A stretch of DNA of 64,000 nt from Nitrosopumilus sp. (lineage in GTDB: Archaea; Thermoproteota; Nitrososphaeria; Nitrososphaerales; Nitrosopumilaceae): the NCBI GenBank assembly GCA_965207445.1, contig CBDBLX010000002.1, positions 320,001 through 384,000 of the forward strand. Direction: 5' to 3'. Below are positions 19,231 through 30,131 of the stretch, piece after piece. Every line of letters begins with the position of its first letter. The stretch's first letter is position 1. The position numbers were made by a program, and so were the translations under genes. A model generated the notes under the pieces. It saw only the letters and a program-made list of their open reading frames with translations. It was not told where the DNA came from and did not search any database.

Positions 19231-22200
19231 ATGCAAAACGAAAATTACAGAAAATATACTAGCCTAACATTAATGGCAATTATGGTTGCCGGTGGGCTTA
19301 CCTTTGCAATACCAGGTACTGCACCCGTAGCATATGCTGCTGTGGACCAAACTAATGCAAACCTGTATGTATCTGCAGAAGGTCAAGACGCTGACAATCA
19401 ATTTGCCGAAGGAAACATTATAGAAGTTATAATTTTAGATAGTACAATCGGAGATACTGGTGAGAGTGAGGCTGAGCCTACCGTAACCGTAAATGGTGCT
19501 GATTTGCGAATGTTGCAAACCGGCGACGGTAACTGGCGTGCATACTTTGCACAAGCCGATGCTCTTGAAGATATCGATGAAATGAACGGACAATTAGACT
19601 ATGGTGTGCATTGTTCTGCAAGTGCTGCAAGCACTGTTTCAACTATACCACTAAGTGACACAAACGGTGTCTACTTTCCTCCAGGTTCAGTTAATGCAAA
19701 CTGTGCTGCACTGCCCGGTGATACTAGTCACCCTCTGATAAGGGAGACTAGAACTCTGACTGATTGGAACCCTGCTGGGGATACAATCGGTCAGCTCGGA
19801 CTTGCAAATGAAAACTTGTGGCCATTCATACAGGTCTTTGACTTTGCTTCACAAAGCGATGTCAGAATTGTGTATGAGAAAGGTGGTCAACAGACAGTCA
19901 CACTAACATTAGATGACCCATCAGAATCACACTCACTAAACAGTGAGCGATATCCACAAAGCGCACACGTACTTGTCACGATAAATGACTATGCACTAAA
20001 CATAGATCCTACTGATGAGGATATGTGGGCATTTGATACTCAAAACGGAGCTGCTTATTACAACCTGTTTGATGAGGACGGCACACCTGATAATATCATG
20101 GACTCAACAATTGTTAACTATGCAGGGGAAGCTGGAATTGGTGAGCAGATATCCATAGTTCGTAACGGACAAGGCGGTGATCCTTTGATTAACTGTCAAG
20201 TCACAAAAGACTTTGGAATTCAAGATGCGAGTAATGCAAATATGGATTACTTGGTGAGTAATGATGACAGTAATGGTGCTTGTGTACCAACTGACAACAT
20301 CACCAATGCTGCTGCAGGTGAAATATTTACAGCAGATAACTTTGTAATCGGATTTGTAGAGGATGGCTCTAACAATGATGCATTTATCAACTGGGCAGAA
20401 GACCAAAGGTCCAACCTAGTGGTAAGAGATGACGCTGATAGAAACCGTAGCTTTGAGATTGACTATAGTTCACCAGGTGCAATATCTGGTATTGTAAGTC
20501 ACTTCTTTGCAGACATGTCAATTGATGTAGAAGACGGTGTCTGGAACTCTGGTGAGCGTGTACCTTTCACATTAACTGATGCTGATGCTAATGTTAACCC
20601 ATTGGCTGAAGATAACCTAGAGGTTGCAAACCCAAAGAGCAAACTGATACCTTCAATTAAAATCGGCGATCCTATCACACTTGCGTCTGCTTCAGGCGAC
20701 GTAACGTGGTTTGATATAGAAGAGCCTGACACCATGAAACCTGAAATCAGGTTGAATGGTAATAGTACCATTAGAATAGTAGAGGATAGACCATATACTG
20801 AGCAGGGCGCAGTCTGTAGCGACAATAAAGACGCAAACAAGCCTGCAACTGTCTCTGGTAGTGTAAACAACACTCAGCCAGGTGAATATACGATAACCTA
20901 TACTTGTACTGACATGGCTGACAACGCCGCAGACCCGGTGACTAGAACTGTCACGGTCTTAGAGGCTGATAGGACAAGACCAACAATTGAACTGAATGGT
21001 CCTGCGACTGTTTCAGTAGTGCAAGATGCTGTTTATATGGAAAGGGGCGCAGTCTGTAGCGACAACGTCGATGATGACAAAGACGCCACGCCATCAACAC
21101 CACCTGACACCTCTACACTTGGCAACAAGACGGTAACCTATACTTGTACTGACAGCTCTGGCAACGCCGCAGACCCGGTGACTAGAACTGTTACTGTCAT
21201 AGAGGCTGACACTCAAAAGCCCACCATAAATCTGAACGGTGCGCCTAGAATCACGGTAATACAAGGCAGCACCTATAATGAGCTGGGCGCAGTTTGTAGC
21301 GACAACGTCGATGAGGACACGCCAGCAACACCAGACATCACTCCTGATCTCAGCATGACCGGCGAGCAGACGGTAACCTATACTTGTACTGACAGCTCTG
21401 ACAACGCTGCAGACCCGGTGTTTAGAACTGTCAATGTCATAGAGGCTGACACTCAAAAGCCCACCATAAATCTGAACGGTGAGCCTAGAATCACGGTACT
21501 GCGACAAAGTGGTGTCACATATGACGACCCAGGAGCCGTCTGTATGGACAATGCAGATGTTGATACGGCTGCAATGCCAAATCGTGAAGTCGACCTGAGT
21601 GCCACTGGCACTTTTGAGATCATATACAATTGTACTGACAGCTCTGGCAACACTGCAGACCCGGTGACTAGAACTGTCAATGTTCGGCTCCCGATAACCC
21701 TGGATAGCCTTGTGGCCGTCAACGAAAATTGGGAGAATGGAAAGTTCAATCTGAACATAACAGGACACAGTATTGACGATCGCAACGTCGTACTGACCCA
21801 ATTCGGCAATGACGACTTTAAGCCCATAACGGTACCGGTAGGCAATGATGGTACCATAAGCGGGATTGTATCCATAACGGACATTAGCGTGCAGGGCGAC
21901 ATAGACCTTGGTCTAAAACCAAAGACAAGTACCTCTAACATGTCAGAGACAAAACGTGTCACTGTTCCAGACGTACTGGTACTGGCTAGCATTGCCCCTG
22001 ACAGATGGTACTTTGTTGACACCACCTTTGTAGATGACGATAATGATGACGTTGATGATGACACGAACCCTAACACATATGAATTCAGAGTCACAGTAAA
22101 TGGCTTTGATGGGACAGGACCTAACGATAGAGCAGAACTTCGTGCAGTAAACAGCACGGGATATCCAATAGGAAAGGGATATCCTGCCACTTTTGAAGAC

Positions 22201-25200
22201 GGTGTCGCAACTGTTAACATTAGAGACACTACGTTGTCTGGACTTACCAACTTCAAACTGGTGATTCCAGAAAATGATGACATAATAGTACAGTCTGATG
22301 CGAGAAATGCAGACATAGATCCACTGATGGACGTGACTATCACACCAGTCGGTACATGGGAAAATGGAGAGCTTCTGTTGAGTATAAAGGGTTCAAACAG
22401 TACCAACATTGCTGTCACATCTTCGACCTTGACGTATCCAGATGCTACGGATACCGTAATATCTATAATCAATCCGTATGAACCTAGTGATATCGATACA
22501 CTTGCGATCAATAATACAGGAATATTTGGTAATGCTACCCTTTCAGGTGCACATCTAGCCACTGCAGGTAAAACCATAGACTTCCAAGTGGTTGTTGATC
22601 CCGATGCAGCCGGAGATGGCACAATACCCCCTATCATGTCACCAAGAATCCCAGTGGAAATAGATGAGATACTCACATTTGATACGATTTCAGCTGTTGG
22701 TAAACAATGGAGCAATAGTGAGTTCACGCTCTCCGTAACTGGTAATGCTGTAGGACTGCCAGCGGGTACTACAATCCACTTACAAGTATTACGTGATAAT
22801 GAGTTTGTATACATGGATGGCACCACTACAGCTCCTAGCGAACCACTAGCCACCGGCGACGGCCGCATAAGAACGGACGTCAGCCTCACGGACATCTCAG
22901 TGTCCGGTAACACAATATTCAGAATGGTTGCCGGAACCGCAACATCAGAAAACATGACTGTGCAGAACATTCCACCTGTACTAAGGTTGACAAGTGTCAC
23001 GATAGATCCAGAGGGATGGGACACAGGAGTGATTGATCTGGACGTAAAGGGTACCGCGGGATTAACCACCGAGGCTACACCAACCGAAGTTGAATTCATC
23101 ATATATGATGGCGACGACACTGTTGCAGATTCACTATCATCCACTGATAATACCGTTACTGTACAAGCGCACAGTGACGGTGTCTTAAACGGCACGGTTT
23201 CAATAAACAACATCGCGCTGTCCGGCGAATCTCTAAAGTTTGGACTTCAAGAGACTGACAGCAACGGCAACATTGCAAGATCAGGTAACACCACTGACAT
23301 GGTACTGCCAAGGATACTGTTCCTTGATAGTGTCAGTGTCGATTCACGTAGCGCGTGGACCGGCGCTGCCGATGCCAGACAGATTGCGATGGATGTCACC
23401 GGAAGTAGTAAAGGACTGCCAGCGGGTACTACTGCAATCCACTTACAAGTATTACATGATAATGAGTTTGTATACATGGATGGCGCCACTACAGCTCCTA
23501 GCGAACCACTAGCCACCGGTAATGACCGCATAAACACAGTTGAACACCTTGCTGATGAGGATATATTCGGCGACGATCTGATATTCCGATTGCTGGCTAC
23601 TGACGGCACTAATGAAGCAGTATCGACCAATCAAACTGGAGACATACCTGAGCCACCCGCTACTAGTAGCAGCGTCGACCTGACACCAACACCGGTATCC
23701 TTCTTTACATCACACAGTGGATTCCCACCCATAACTAGGGCAGTAATCGGTGATGTGAGTGAGATACCTGCTGTTCATAACGTACAGATGACATATCCAA
23801 AGACTGTTTACACATGGACAGGCGACGACAAGATAGTCGAGACCTATAGTGAAAGACTCAGACTAGTTGAGCTTGCTGACATGAATGAAAGCATACCTGG
23901 TAAATCAAAGATCGTCATATATGGCTGGCAACCACCTGCAGACAACACTGATAATGGTGTTATCACAATGTTCAACTGGAACTTTGATGGTATACCTGAT
24001 GTTACGGTATCTGATATCCGTATAGCAAATGTACACCACAATGTCAGTTATAGTGTTGGTACTGGTTCATCAGGACTAGAAGACATTACTGACATGGTCT
24101 CAGAGATCAATGCACTAGGTGATACAGTTGACTTGGTTATCATGTTAAATGATGGTGATGTTAATCACATATGTGATGATATCACACTGGTTGCAGACTT
24201 TTTCTCGTTTGGTCAAAAACCGGACGGTGAGAGAGTAAACAATGCCATATATCGTATAGAGGTCGAGGAAGCCAGTACAAACAGTGATGAGTTTGAAGGT
24301 ACAGTAGAATATGTAATGCTCAATCAACTCAACTATGATGATCCTGCTACCTATAGTGATTTGAGAGCAATCTCAGATGAGGTACTGATTGTCATAAACG
24401 AGGACTTTACAGATGAAGACGCTGTTCGTATCAACTATTTGGACTTGGGCGCTGATGGCGTATCAACCCAAATATCTACACAAGAAGATGCTGCCACTTA
24501 TAGCGGTATAGTCACATTTGATCAGGATAGCTACAAGGTAGCTGACACTGTTGTAATTACAGTCGATGATGCTGACTTGAACGTTGATAATGATGTAATT
24601 GATATTTACACATTCTCAACTTCTTCAGAACACAAAGACAAGATCGGCAGTGATAGTGATCGTGATGATGCATTCTTACTTGATGTCACATTTGATGACG
24701 AGCTATGGACTGAAGGCTGTGGTATTACTGGATTCGAAGCAACTACATTTACACTAGCAGAAACTACTAGAAACTCTGGAATATTTACTGGTGACTTCCA
24801 AATCCCAACTGAATATTGTCAGAGCTCTACTAGTAAGGCCGTATCCGTAACTGGTACTGACATTGAAGTCAACTATCAAGACTTCCGTGACGCATCCGGC
24901 AACGAGATAGAGGTAGGTGCAGGTGCTGCTGTTCGTGCAAGCACAGGTACTGTATCACTAGATCGTACCGTATACCCAGTACCATTTAACGAAAACGTAA
25001 TTAAGGACGCTGCTGGCAATAATCTCCCAATGGGTGACTTGACAGTATACGTTCATGTAACTGATCCAGACTATGATGTGTCTGCTGCTGGTGAAGATAC
25101 AATGCCAGCTAATACCGTATCAGTCAGTGTAATTCGTGGTTCTCAAACTGAAGCCATTGCTATACCTGATAGTACAATCACAGAAGTAGCACCTGATGCT

Positions 25201-26919
25201 GGTGTCTTTAAGTTACCATTGTCAATTAGTTATGATAATGGTCCTGCTCAAGGATGCCCACAAGGGTTCACTAATGGTTGTATACTACAAGGAGATATTC
25301 TCCAAGTTGAATATGAAGATCCAACCGATGCATCCGGTGAAGCGAACACTGTCACAGACAGTGCGACATTTGACCTGCGCAATGGTGTTCTACAATCAGA
25401 CAAATCTGTATACATTATCGGTTCTGATATGATACTGACACTGATTGAGCCTGACTTTGACTTGGATGGTGATAGCGCAGAAACATACACACTTGACTTG
25501 ATCGAGTGGGACTCTGATGCTGCTACCCTAGGAATGGGCGACAGCGACAAGAGCAAGGAAGCTGGTTCTGCGGCATTTGACCCCGAGCCAAACGGTCTGC
25601 GTGAGACCGGTGACAACACTGGTATATTCCAGTCAGTCATCGAGATACCATCTGAATTAGATGGCGAACGTCTAGATCGCGGTGAGGAAATCGAACTAGA
25701 ATACGTTGATTATGGACCATCTGGTTCTGACTATGTTGGTGATGAGACTGAAGATATTACTCTTACAGTATTCACATCCAACTTTGGAGCCACAATCGAG
25801 TTAGACCAAAAGGTCTACACTTGGACTGACAAGGTCTACATCACTATAGTAGCACCTGATCACAACTTTGACGGTGACCTAGTAGATGAGATTGGCGATT
25901 CAGACGATGACCCAGTAAAGGTATCAACACGTAGTGCTGACATTGACAAGTACAAACTGGTAGAGACTGGTCCTGACACTGGCATATTTACAGGTGAGAT
26001 AATCCTCATAGGATTTGACCACAATGCAGACGGCAATACACAAACAGGTACAGAGAATACTGGCTATGACAACCCACAAAAACAAACCAGCAAGGATGAA
26101 AGTGGACCTACAGACGGCTTTATCGAGACTGATGATGATGACGGTATCACCGTATCATTTGAATTCTCTGAAGATGAGACTGTAGTAGGCTCTGCTTTGA
26201 TTCGCTGGAATATTGGTGAGGTTCAATGGTTAGAGTCCTCTTACCCAGCTAGCGGTACAGGTGTAGTCCGTGTAATTGATCCGGACATGAACTTGAACCC
26301 AGAAGCAGTGGATAACTTTGAGGTAGACATTTGGTCTGACCGTGACCAAGGTGGAATTGACCTAACAGTCACTGAGACCAACCAGGCAACCGGAATATTC
26401 GAAGGAACAGTATTCTTTACTACTTCTGACGACTCATCCGGACACCGCCTCAGAGTAGCCGAAAGCAACACTGTAACTGCCGAATACGAGGATAACACGC
26501 TCCCAGAACCATACAACACAGGCGATGAACTTAATATCTCTGCAACAACTCTGATCGGCACACAAGTGCCTCCACTCGAACGTGCTCCTATCTCAAATCT
26601 GAGAATAGTTGATGCACACGAGAATAGCATAGACACTGTGGCAGTTGATCAGCAAGTACAGGTTGTAGCTGACTTGGTTAATGGCCAAGACCGCACACAA
26701 GAGTTTGCATATTTGGTGCAGATTCAAGATGAAAGCGGAGTTACAGTCTCACTAGCATGGATATCAGGTACTCTAGAAGCAGAACAGTCATTAACGCCGT
26801 CAGCATCTTGGATACCCACTGAAGCAGGAGAGTATACTGCTACTGCATTCGTATGGGAATCCATTGACACGCCGACTGCTCTGTCTCCACCTGCAACGAT
26901 AACAATCACTGTAAACTAA
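19231..26919 (+). CDS. slaA: Nitrosopumilus-type major S-layer protein with a large internal insertion of Ig-like repeats
   Basis: Signal RKYTSLTLMAIMVAGGLTFAIPG, NANLYVSAE, repeated ETG.NTGIF.G motifs, highly acidic, and C-terminal AFVWESIDTPTALSP typical of thaumarchaeal S-layer proteins. Confidence 0.85.
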   Translation: MQNENYRKYTSLTLMAIMVAGGLTFAIPGTAPVAYAAVDQTNANLYVSAEGQDADNQFAEGNIIEVIILDSTIGDTGESEAEPTVTVNGADLRMLQTGDGNWRAYFAQADALEDIDEMNGQLDYGVHCSASAASTVSTIPLSDTNGVYFPPGSVNANCAALPGDTSHPLIRETRTLTDWNPAGDTIGQLGLANENLWPFIQVFDFASQSDVRIVYEKGGQQTVTLTLDDPSESHSLNSERYPQSAHVLVTINDYALNIDPTDEDMWAFDTQNGAAYYNLFDEDGTPDNIMDSTIVNYAGEAGIGEQISIVRNGQGGDPLINCQVTKDFGIQDASNANMDYLVSNDDSNGACVPTDNITNAAAGEIFTADNFVIGFVEDGSNNDAFINWAEDQRSNLVVRDDADRNRSFEIDYSSPGAISGIVSHFFADMSIDVEDGVWNSGERVPFTLTDADANVNPLAEDNLEVANPKSKLIPSIKIGDPITLASASGDVTWFDIEEPDTMKPEIRLNGNSTIRIVEDRPYTEQGAVCSDNKDANKPATVSGSVNNTQPGEYTITYTCTDMADNAADPVTRTVTVLEADRTRPTIELNGPATVSVVQDAVYMERGAVCSDNVDDDKDATPSTPPDTSTLGNKTVTYTCTDSSGNAADPVTRTVTVIEADTQKPTINLNGAPRITVIQGSTYNELGAVCSDNVDEDTPATPDITPDLSMTGEQTVTYTCTDSSDNAADPVFRTVNVIEADTQKPTINLNGEPRITVLRQSGVTYDDPGAVCMDNADVDTAAMPNREVDLSATGTFEIIYNCTDSSGNTADPVTRTVNVRLPITLDSLVAVNENWENGKFNLNITGHSIDDRNVVLTQFGNDDFKPITVPVGNDGTISGIVSITDISVQGDIDLGLKPKTSTSNMSETKRVTVPDVLVLASIAPDRWYFVDTTFVDDDNDDVDDDTNPNTYEFRVTVNGFDGTGPNDRAELRAVNSTGYPIGKGYPATFEDGVATVNIRDTTLSGLTNFKLVIPENDDIIVQSDARNADIDPLMDVTITPVGTWENGELLLSIKGSNSTNIAVTSSTLTYPDATDTVISIINPYEPSDIDTLAINNTGIFGNATLSGAHLATAGKTIDFQVVVDPDAAGDGTIPPIMSPRIPVEIDEILTFDTISAVGKQWSNSEFTLSVTGNAVGLPAGTTIHLQVLRDNEFVYMDGTTTAPSEPLATGDGRIRTDVSLTDISVSGNTIFRMVAGTATSENMTVQNIPPVLRLTSVTIDPEGWDTGVIDLDVKGTAGLTTEATPTEVEFIIYDGDDTVADSLSSTDNTVTVQAHSDGVLNGTVSINNIALSGESLKFGLQETDSNGNIARSGNTTDMVLPRILFLDSVSVDSRSAWTGAADARQIAMDVTGSSKGLPAGTTAIHLQVLHDNEFVYMDGATTAPSEPLATGNDRINTVEHLADEDIFGDDLIFRLLATDGTNEAVSTNQTGDIPEPPATSSSVDLTPTPVSFFTSHSGFPPITRAVIGDVSEIPAVHNVQMTYPKTVYTWTGDDKIVETYSERLRLVELADMNESIPGKSKIVIYGWQPPADNTDNGVITMFNWNFDGIPDVTVSDIRIANVHHNVSYSVGTGSSGLEDITDMVSEINALGDTVDLVIMLNDGDVNHICDDITLVADFFSFGQKPDGERVNNAIYRIEVEEASTNSDEFEGTVEYVMLNQLNYDDPATYSDLRAISDEVLIVINEDFTDEDAVRINYLDLGADGVSTQISTQEDAATYSGIVTFDQDSYKVADTVVITVDDADLNVDNDVIDIYTFSTSSEHKDKIGSDSDRDDAFLLDVTFDDELWTEGCGITGFEATTFTLAETTRNSGIFTGDFQIPTEYCQSSTSKAVSVTGTDIEVNYQDFRDASGNEIEVGAGAAVRASTGTVSLDRTVYPVPFNENVIKDAAGNNLPMGDLTVYVHVTDPDYDVSAAGEDTMPANTVSVSVIRGSQTEAIAIPDSTITEVAPDAGVFKLPLSISYDNGPAQGCPQGFTNGCILQGDILQVEYEDPTDASGEANTVTDSATFDLRNGVLQSDKSVYIIGSDMILTLIEPDFDLDGDSAETYTLDLIEWDSDAATLGMGDSDKSKEAGSAAFDPEPNGLRETGDNTGIFQSVIEIPSELDGERLDRGEEIELEYVDYGPSGSDYVGDETEDITLTVFTSNFGATIELDQKVYTWTDKVYITIVAPDHNFDGDLVDEIGDSDDDPVKVSTRSADIDKYKLVETGPDTGIFTGEIILIGFDHNADGNTQTGTENTGYDNPQKQTSKDESGPTDGFIETDDDDGITVSFEFSEDETVVGSALIRWNIGEVQWLESSYPASGTGVVRVIDPDMNLNPEAVDNFEVDIWSDRDQGGIDLTVTETNQATGIFEGTVFFTTSDDSSGHRLRVAESNTVTAEYEDNTLPEPYNTGDELNISATTLIGTQVPPLERAPISNLRIVDAHENSIDTVAVDQQVQVVADLVNGQDRTQEFAYLVQIQDESGVTVSLAWISGTLEAEQSLTPSASWIPTEAGEYTATAFVWESIDTPTALSPPATITITVN
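20728..21684 (+). repeat. Four tandem ~240-bp (80-aa) DUF5011-like Ig repeats in slaA
   Basis: DT.KP.I.LNG.....Y.E.GAVCSDNVD...TY.CTD.SGNAA.PVTRTV.V starting at 20728, 20968, 21208 and 21448. Confidence 0.9.
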
Positions 26920-26942
26920 GTATATTTTCGCAAACAAAACAT

Positions 26943-26985
26943 AAAGAAAAAAATTCCCTTTTTTCTTTTTTATTCTTTTAATTTA
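26943..26985. terminator. Probable terminator between convergent slaA and ureD
   Basis: AAAGAAAAAA / TTTTTTCTTT inverted repeat and T-tracts just after the slaA stop. Confidence 0.5.
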
Positions 26986-27093
26986 CTAGCAGGCTATGGC
27001 CTTTTGGTTTGGGATTTGTTCAAATGAATTATAAACAAAAGTTGGGCAACTGTTCACTAATTTGTTAAATATAAACATATTTTCTACTAGCCA

Positions 27094-28032
27094 TCAGCAC
27101 TTTCTAACATTTGTAAATGGTGCATCCAAAATTACTCTTCTTGCACACGCCACTGTTTCATTCACAACTGATTTGACAGATTCACTATTCATACAAAGCA
27201 GTCTAACTAGCACTCCCATTTCACGACTCATGATAGATGCGCCACCTTTTACATTTTTATCATTATCCAATATGATCTTTTCTATACTCTTTTGAAGTTC
27301 ATACACATATTCTGGTTTTGTTATAATGTATACTGTAGATGTAACCATATATTGATGCATGACTCCAAATGATTTTACATGTAATGGTTTTATTTTGGCA
27401 GCATCTACAAATCTCAATATACCATCTTGATTCACCACACGCAATTTTAGATTATACAATCTGTATGCAAATGACTCGCCCATTCCAATGCGACCTGATG
27501 CTATTGTCTCTGCGTATATTATAGTGGCAGTATCATGTACTAAAAGTCTGGTATCTTGTGAAAACTCTGAATCCGCATATGGAATTATCTGGTCTGGCAC
27601 ATATTCCATATATGCATTCTCACCCAATGTCATGTGTATCTTTTGTGTTGCCTGCATGTTTTTTGACATTTTATATATTCTTGTGGCTCCTTGTGTTGTG
27701 ATGTGTGATTTTGTTTTAGGATGTAATTCAAAGGATATGTCATAAGAGTCACCTTGCAGCATTCCACCAGAAGTTGTCGCTATATACACATATGCCATCT
27801 CTGGTAGTTTATACTCACAGTATACTGCTCTTTGTACTGATAGTGGTGGGTGTGATCTGCATTTGCCAAGTATGGTTTTACTACCATTGTGATGAAATGA
27901 CAGATGTAATTGGCCATTTTTTCCTGTTATATGGTGTGTGTTATGTGGTAGTGTGGTTGATGATGTGGGATGTGATGATTGTATGTGTATCTTTGGTGAT
28001 ATTGGCATTATTTTCCACGCATTTTTATCCAT
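27094..28032 (-). CDS. ureD: Urease accessory protein UreD
   Basis: GGMLQGD, TTQGATRIYKM, EYVPDQIIPY and GRIGMGESF motifs. Start set at the ATG overlapping the ureG stop. Confidence 0.92.
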   Translation of the reverse strand: MDKNAWKIMPISPKIHIQSSHPTSSTTLPHNTHHITGKNGQLHLSFHHNGSKTILGKCRSHPPLSVQRAVYCEYKLPEMAYVYIATTSGGMLQGDSYDISFELHPKTKSHITTQGATRIYKMSKNMQATQKIHMTLGENAYMEYVPDQIIPYADSEFSQDTRLLVHDTATIIYAETIASGRIGMGESFAYRLYNLKLRVVNQDGILRFVDAAKIKPLHVKSFGVMHQYMVTSTVYIITKPEYVYELQKSIEKIILDNDKNVKGGASIMSREMGVLVRLLCMNSESVKSVVNETVACARRVILDAPFTNVRKC

Positions 28033-28687
28033 TTTCCATACACTTTGGTTGTTCACCAAACAATACATCCGTTATTATATGATCGGCTATAGTTGGTACT
28101 CCCTGGTCAGTCTTGCAATTTACAAATACAAATGGCTTTCCCCCTCTTATACTTAGAGCATCTGCACTCATTACATCTAGATTGGCGCCGACCATATCAG
28201 CTAAATCTATCTTGTTTATCACAAGCAAGTCACAACTAGTGATACCCAGACCACCCTTTCTTGGGTACTTGTCTCCTCCTGCAACATCTATTACATATAT
28301 GAAATAATCTGCTAGCAATGGACTAAATGTTGTAGTGATGTTATCGCCCCCACTCTCAATTATAATCAGGTCTAGTTCTGGATGTTTATCTTCTATCTCT
28401 TCTATAACTGACATGTTCATTGAAGGATCTTCTCTTATTGCTGTGTGCGGACACCCACCTGTTGCCAACCCTATGACTAAATTCTCTGCAAGCAGACCCC
28501 GACGTGTTGCCAAATTAGCCCTCATACGGTCTGCATCCTCTTTTGATATTACATCATTTGATATGATACTGACACTATACCCTTTGTTTGCAAGTATTGG
28601 CACCACTCGCTCAATTAACATACTCTTGCCGGCGCCAACAGGACCGCCGATTCCTATTCTAGGTAGTCTGTCTGTCATTGTAATCAC
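28025..28687 (-). CDS. ureG: Urease accessory GTPase UreG
   Basis: GGPVGAGKS, GGCPHTAIRED, ESGGDN and NKID motifs. Confidence 0.97.
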   Translation of the reverse strand: MITMTDRLPRIGIGGPVGAGKSMLIERVVPILANKGYSVSIISNDVISKEDADRMRANLATRRGLLAENLVIGLATGGCPHTAIREDPSMNMSVIEEIEDKHPELDLIIIESGGDNITTTFSPLLADYFIYVIDVAGGDKYPRKGGLGITSCDLLVINKIDLADMVGANLDVMSADALSIRGGKPFVFVNCKTDQGVPTIADHIITDVLFGEQPKCMENG

Positions 28688-29448
28688 GTGATGAACATCT
28701 TTGCATCCATTCTCTGGTGCTCCATCTGTAGTATTTCAGCATGCGGGCAGAACTGCCAAACATCTGTTATCTTCTTTTTTTCTGTTATAGTTGATTTTAC
28801 CACACTACATAAAAGTGGTTTTAACTCGTGTATAATTTTTTGTGCCTCAAAGTGTTGTATCATGCCCAGACGCAATGCTGCCCCTGTCATGTTTGCAACA
28901 AATCCATACAATAGTATCAATATGGCTTTTTCCTTTTTAATTCCGAGCGCGCAACTGCACACGCCAAGTGACACTGGATATATCCCAGATATGTTGCCAT
29001 TTTTGATATCATTGAGATATTTTTTCAGATATCTGTCATTGCAAAATTTTGATACACATCTGCACATCTGAACACCAGAGCGTATAGAGGCCTCTCGTGT
29101 CTCTTTGAGTGTTTTCATGGCACAACATACATGATCAATTTTTTGTGTTGATTGGTTGTATAGTGCTGCATCATATGCGTTTGCAAGTATGATGCAATCT
29201 GTGACACTGATCTGTTGTTTTATGATAGTTTGACAAAATTCTGCCAAGTCGTTTGGTGTATTGAACATTTTTTTTGCGTGTATTAATTCTAGTCCGTTTG
29301 ATGATGCAAACATGCCTATTGGAAACATTGAATCTGAGAGTTGCAGCATATCGAGGTCATCTGATATGTTGATGTCTGAGTCTATTTCAGTGTTAGTGAT
29401 GTTGTTGTTGATATTTGAGTTTATTTTTGTACTAGTGGTGATGTCCAT
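28684..29448 (-). CDS. ureF: Urease accessory protein UreF
   Basis: LQLSDSMFPIGMFASSNGLE and C-terminal QMEH...KMFIT. Confidence 0.93.
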   Translation of the reverse strand: MDITTSTKINSNINNNITNTEIDSDINISDDLDMLQLSDSMFPIGMFASSNGLELIHAKKMFNTPNDLAEFCQTIIKQQISVTDCIILANAYDAALYNQSTQKIDHVCCAMKTLKETREASIRSGVQMCRCVSKFCNDRYLKKYLNDIKNGNISGIYPVSLGVCSCALGIKKEKAILILLYGFVANMTGAALRLGMIQHFEAQKIIHELKPLLCSVVKSTITEKKKITDVWQFCPHAEILQMEHQRMDAKMFIT

Positions 29449-29953
29449 GTATGTCTGCTCCTATATTTGGTACAAATATCTCATCTGATGTATGAATTTT
29501 GATATTACTATACACATTGGAAAACTTTTGCTTGAATGTATCTTGTTCAGAGTCATCTTGTATTGGAAACCATATGGTATGGCTATTTTTAATTGCTATT
29601 GGTCTGTGCATGTTTCCAATTGCATGTGCGACTAGTAAAAAATTTGTGATACACTCGTTGCATTTGTCATCTATTGAACATACTAGGACTTTTTCTGCAA
29701 GTTGTTTTACTATGACAAGTGGTGTTTGTTTATCTAATGTTTCGTTTGTGTTTAGTATGTCTCCGTGGCGTAGTATTGTGCCACGTTTTAGATTTATTGC
29801 TATTTTAGTGCCAGATGCAGTTTCTGTGAGGTGTCTGCTCTTTGCCATATCTGCCCTTGTCATGTATGCGGTGTCATATTTGTTGTTTTTGTAATTTACT
29901 ACATTATCACAATCAAATATGTTGTTTATTACTTTGGTGTATATTTCTGGCAT
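29432..29953 (-). CDS. ureE: Urease accessory Ni chaperone UreE
   Basis: LRHGDIL, AHAIGNMH and C-terminal HGHHH. Confidence 0.9.
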   Translation of the reverse strand: MPEIYTKVINNIFDCDNVVNYKNNKYDTAYMTRADMAKSRHLTETASGTKIAINLKRGTILRHGDILNTNETLDKQTPLVIVKQLAEKVLVCSIDDKCNECITNFLLVAHAIGNMHRPIAIKNSHTIWFPIQDDSEQDTFKQKFSNVYSNIKIHTSDEIFVPNIGADIHGHHH

Positions 29954-30131
29954 GATATTATTGGGTATGGTATCAAGTTATACTTTTATTCTAACATTAT
30001 TGGCAATATGGTTGATGTGTAGTAATTTTATCTTTTATCACAAAATTCTGATCATATAGTGTACAAAATGCTTGCAAGTATCTGATTTGGTTTGAGGGTA
30101 CGTATAGTTTCTGTCTCTTAAGTTGTCTTGT

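Noticed and set aside
21453..23213. 586-aa antisense ORF within slaA, and similar antisense ORFs over ureC, cdc48, the urea transporter and transposases
   Set aside because: These are shadows of codon bias on the opposite strand of well-supported genes and show no motifs.
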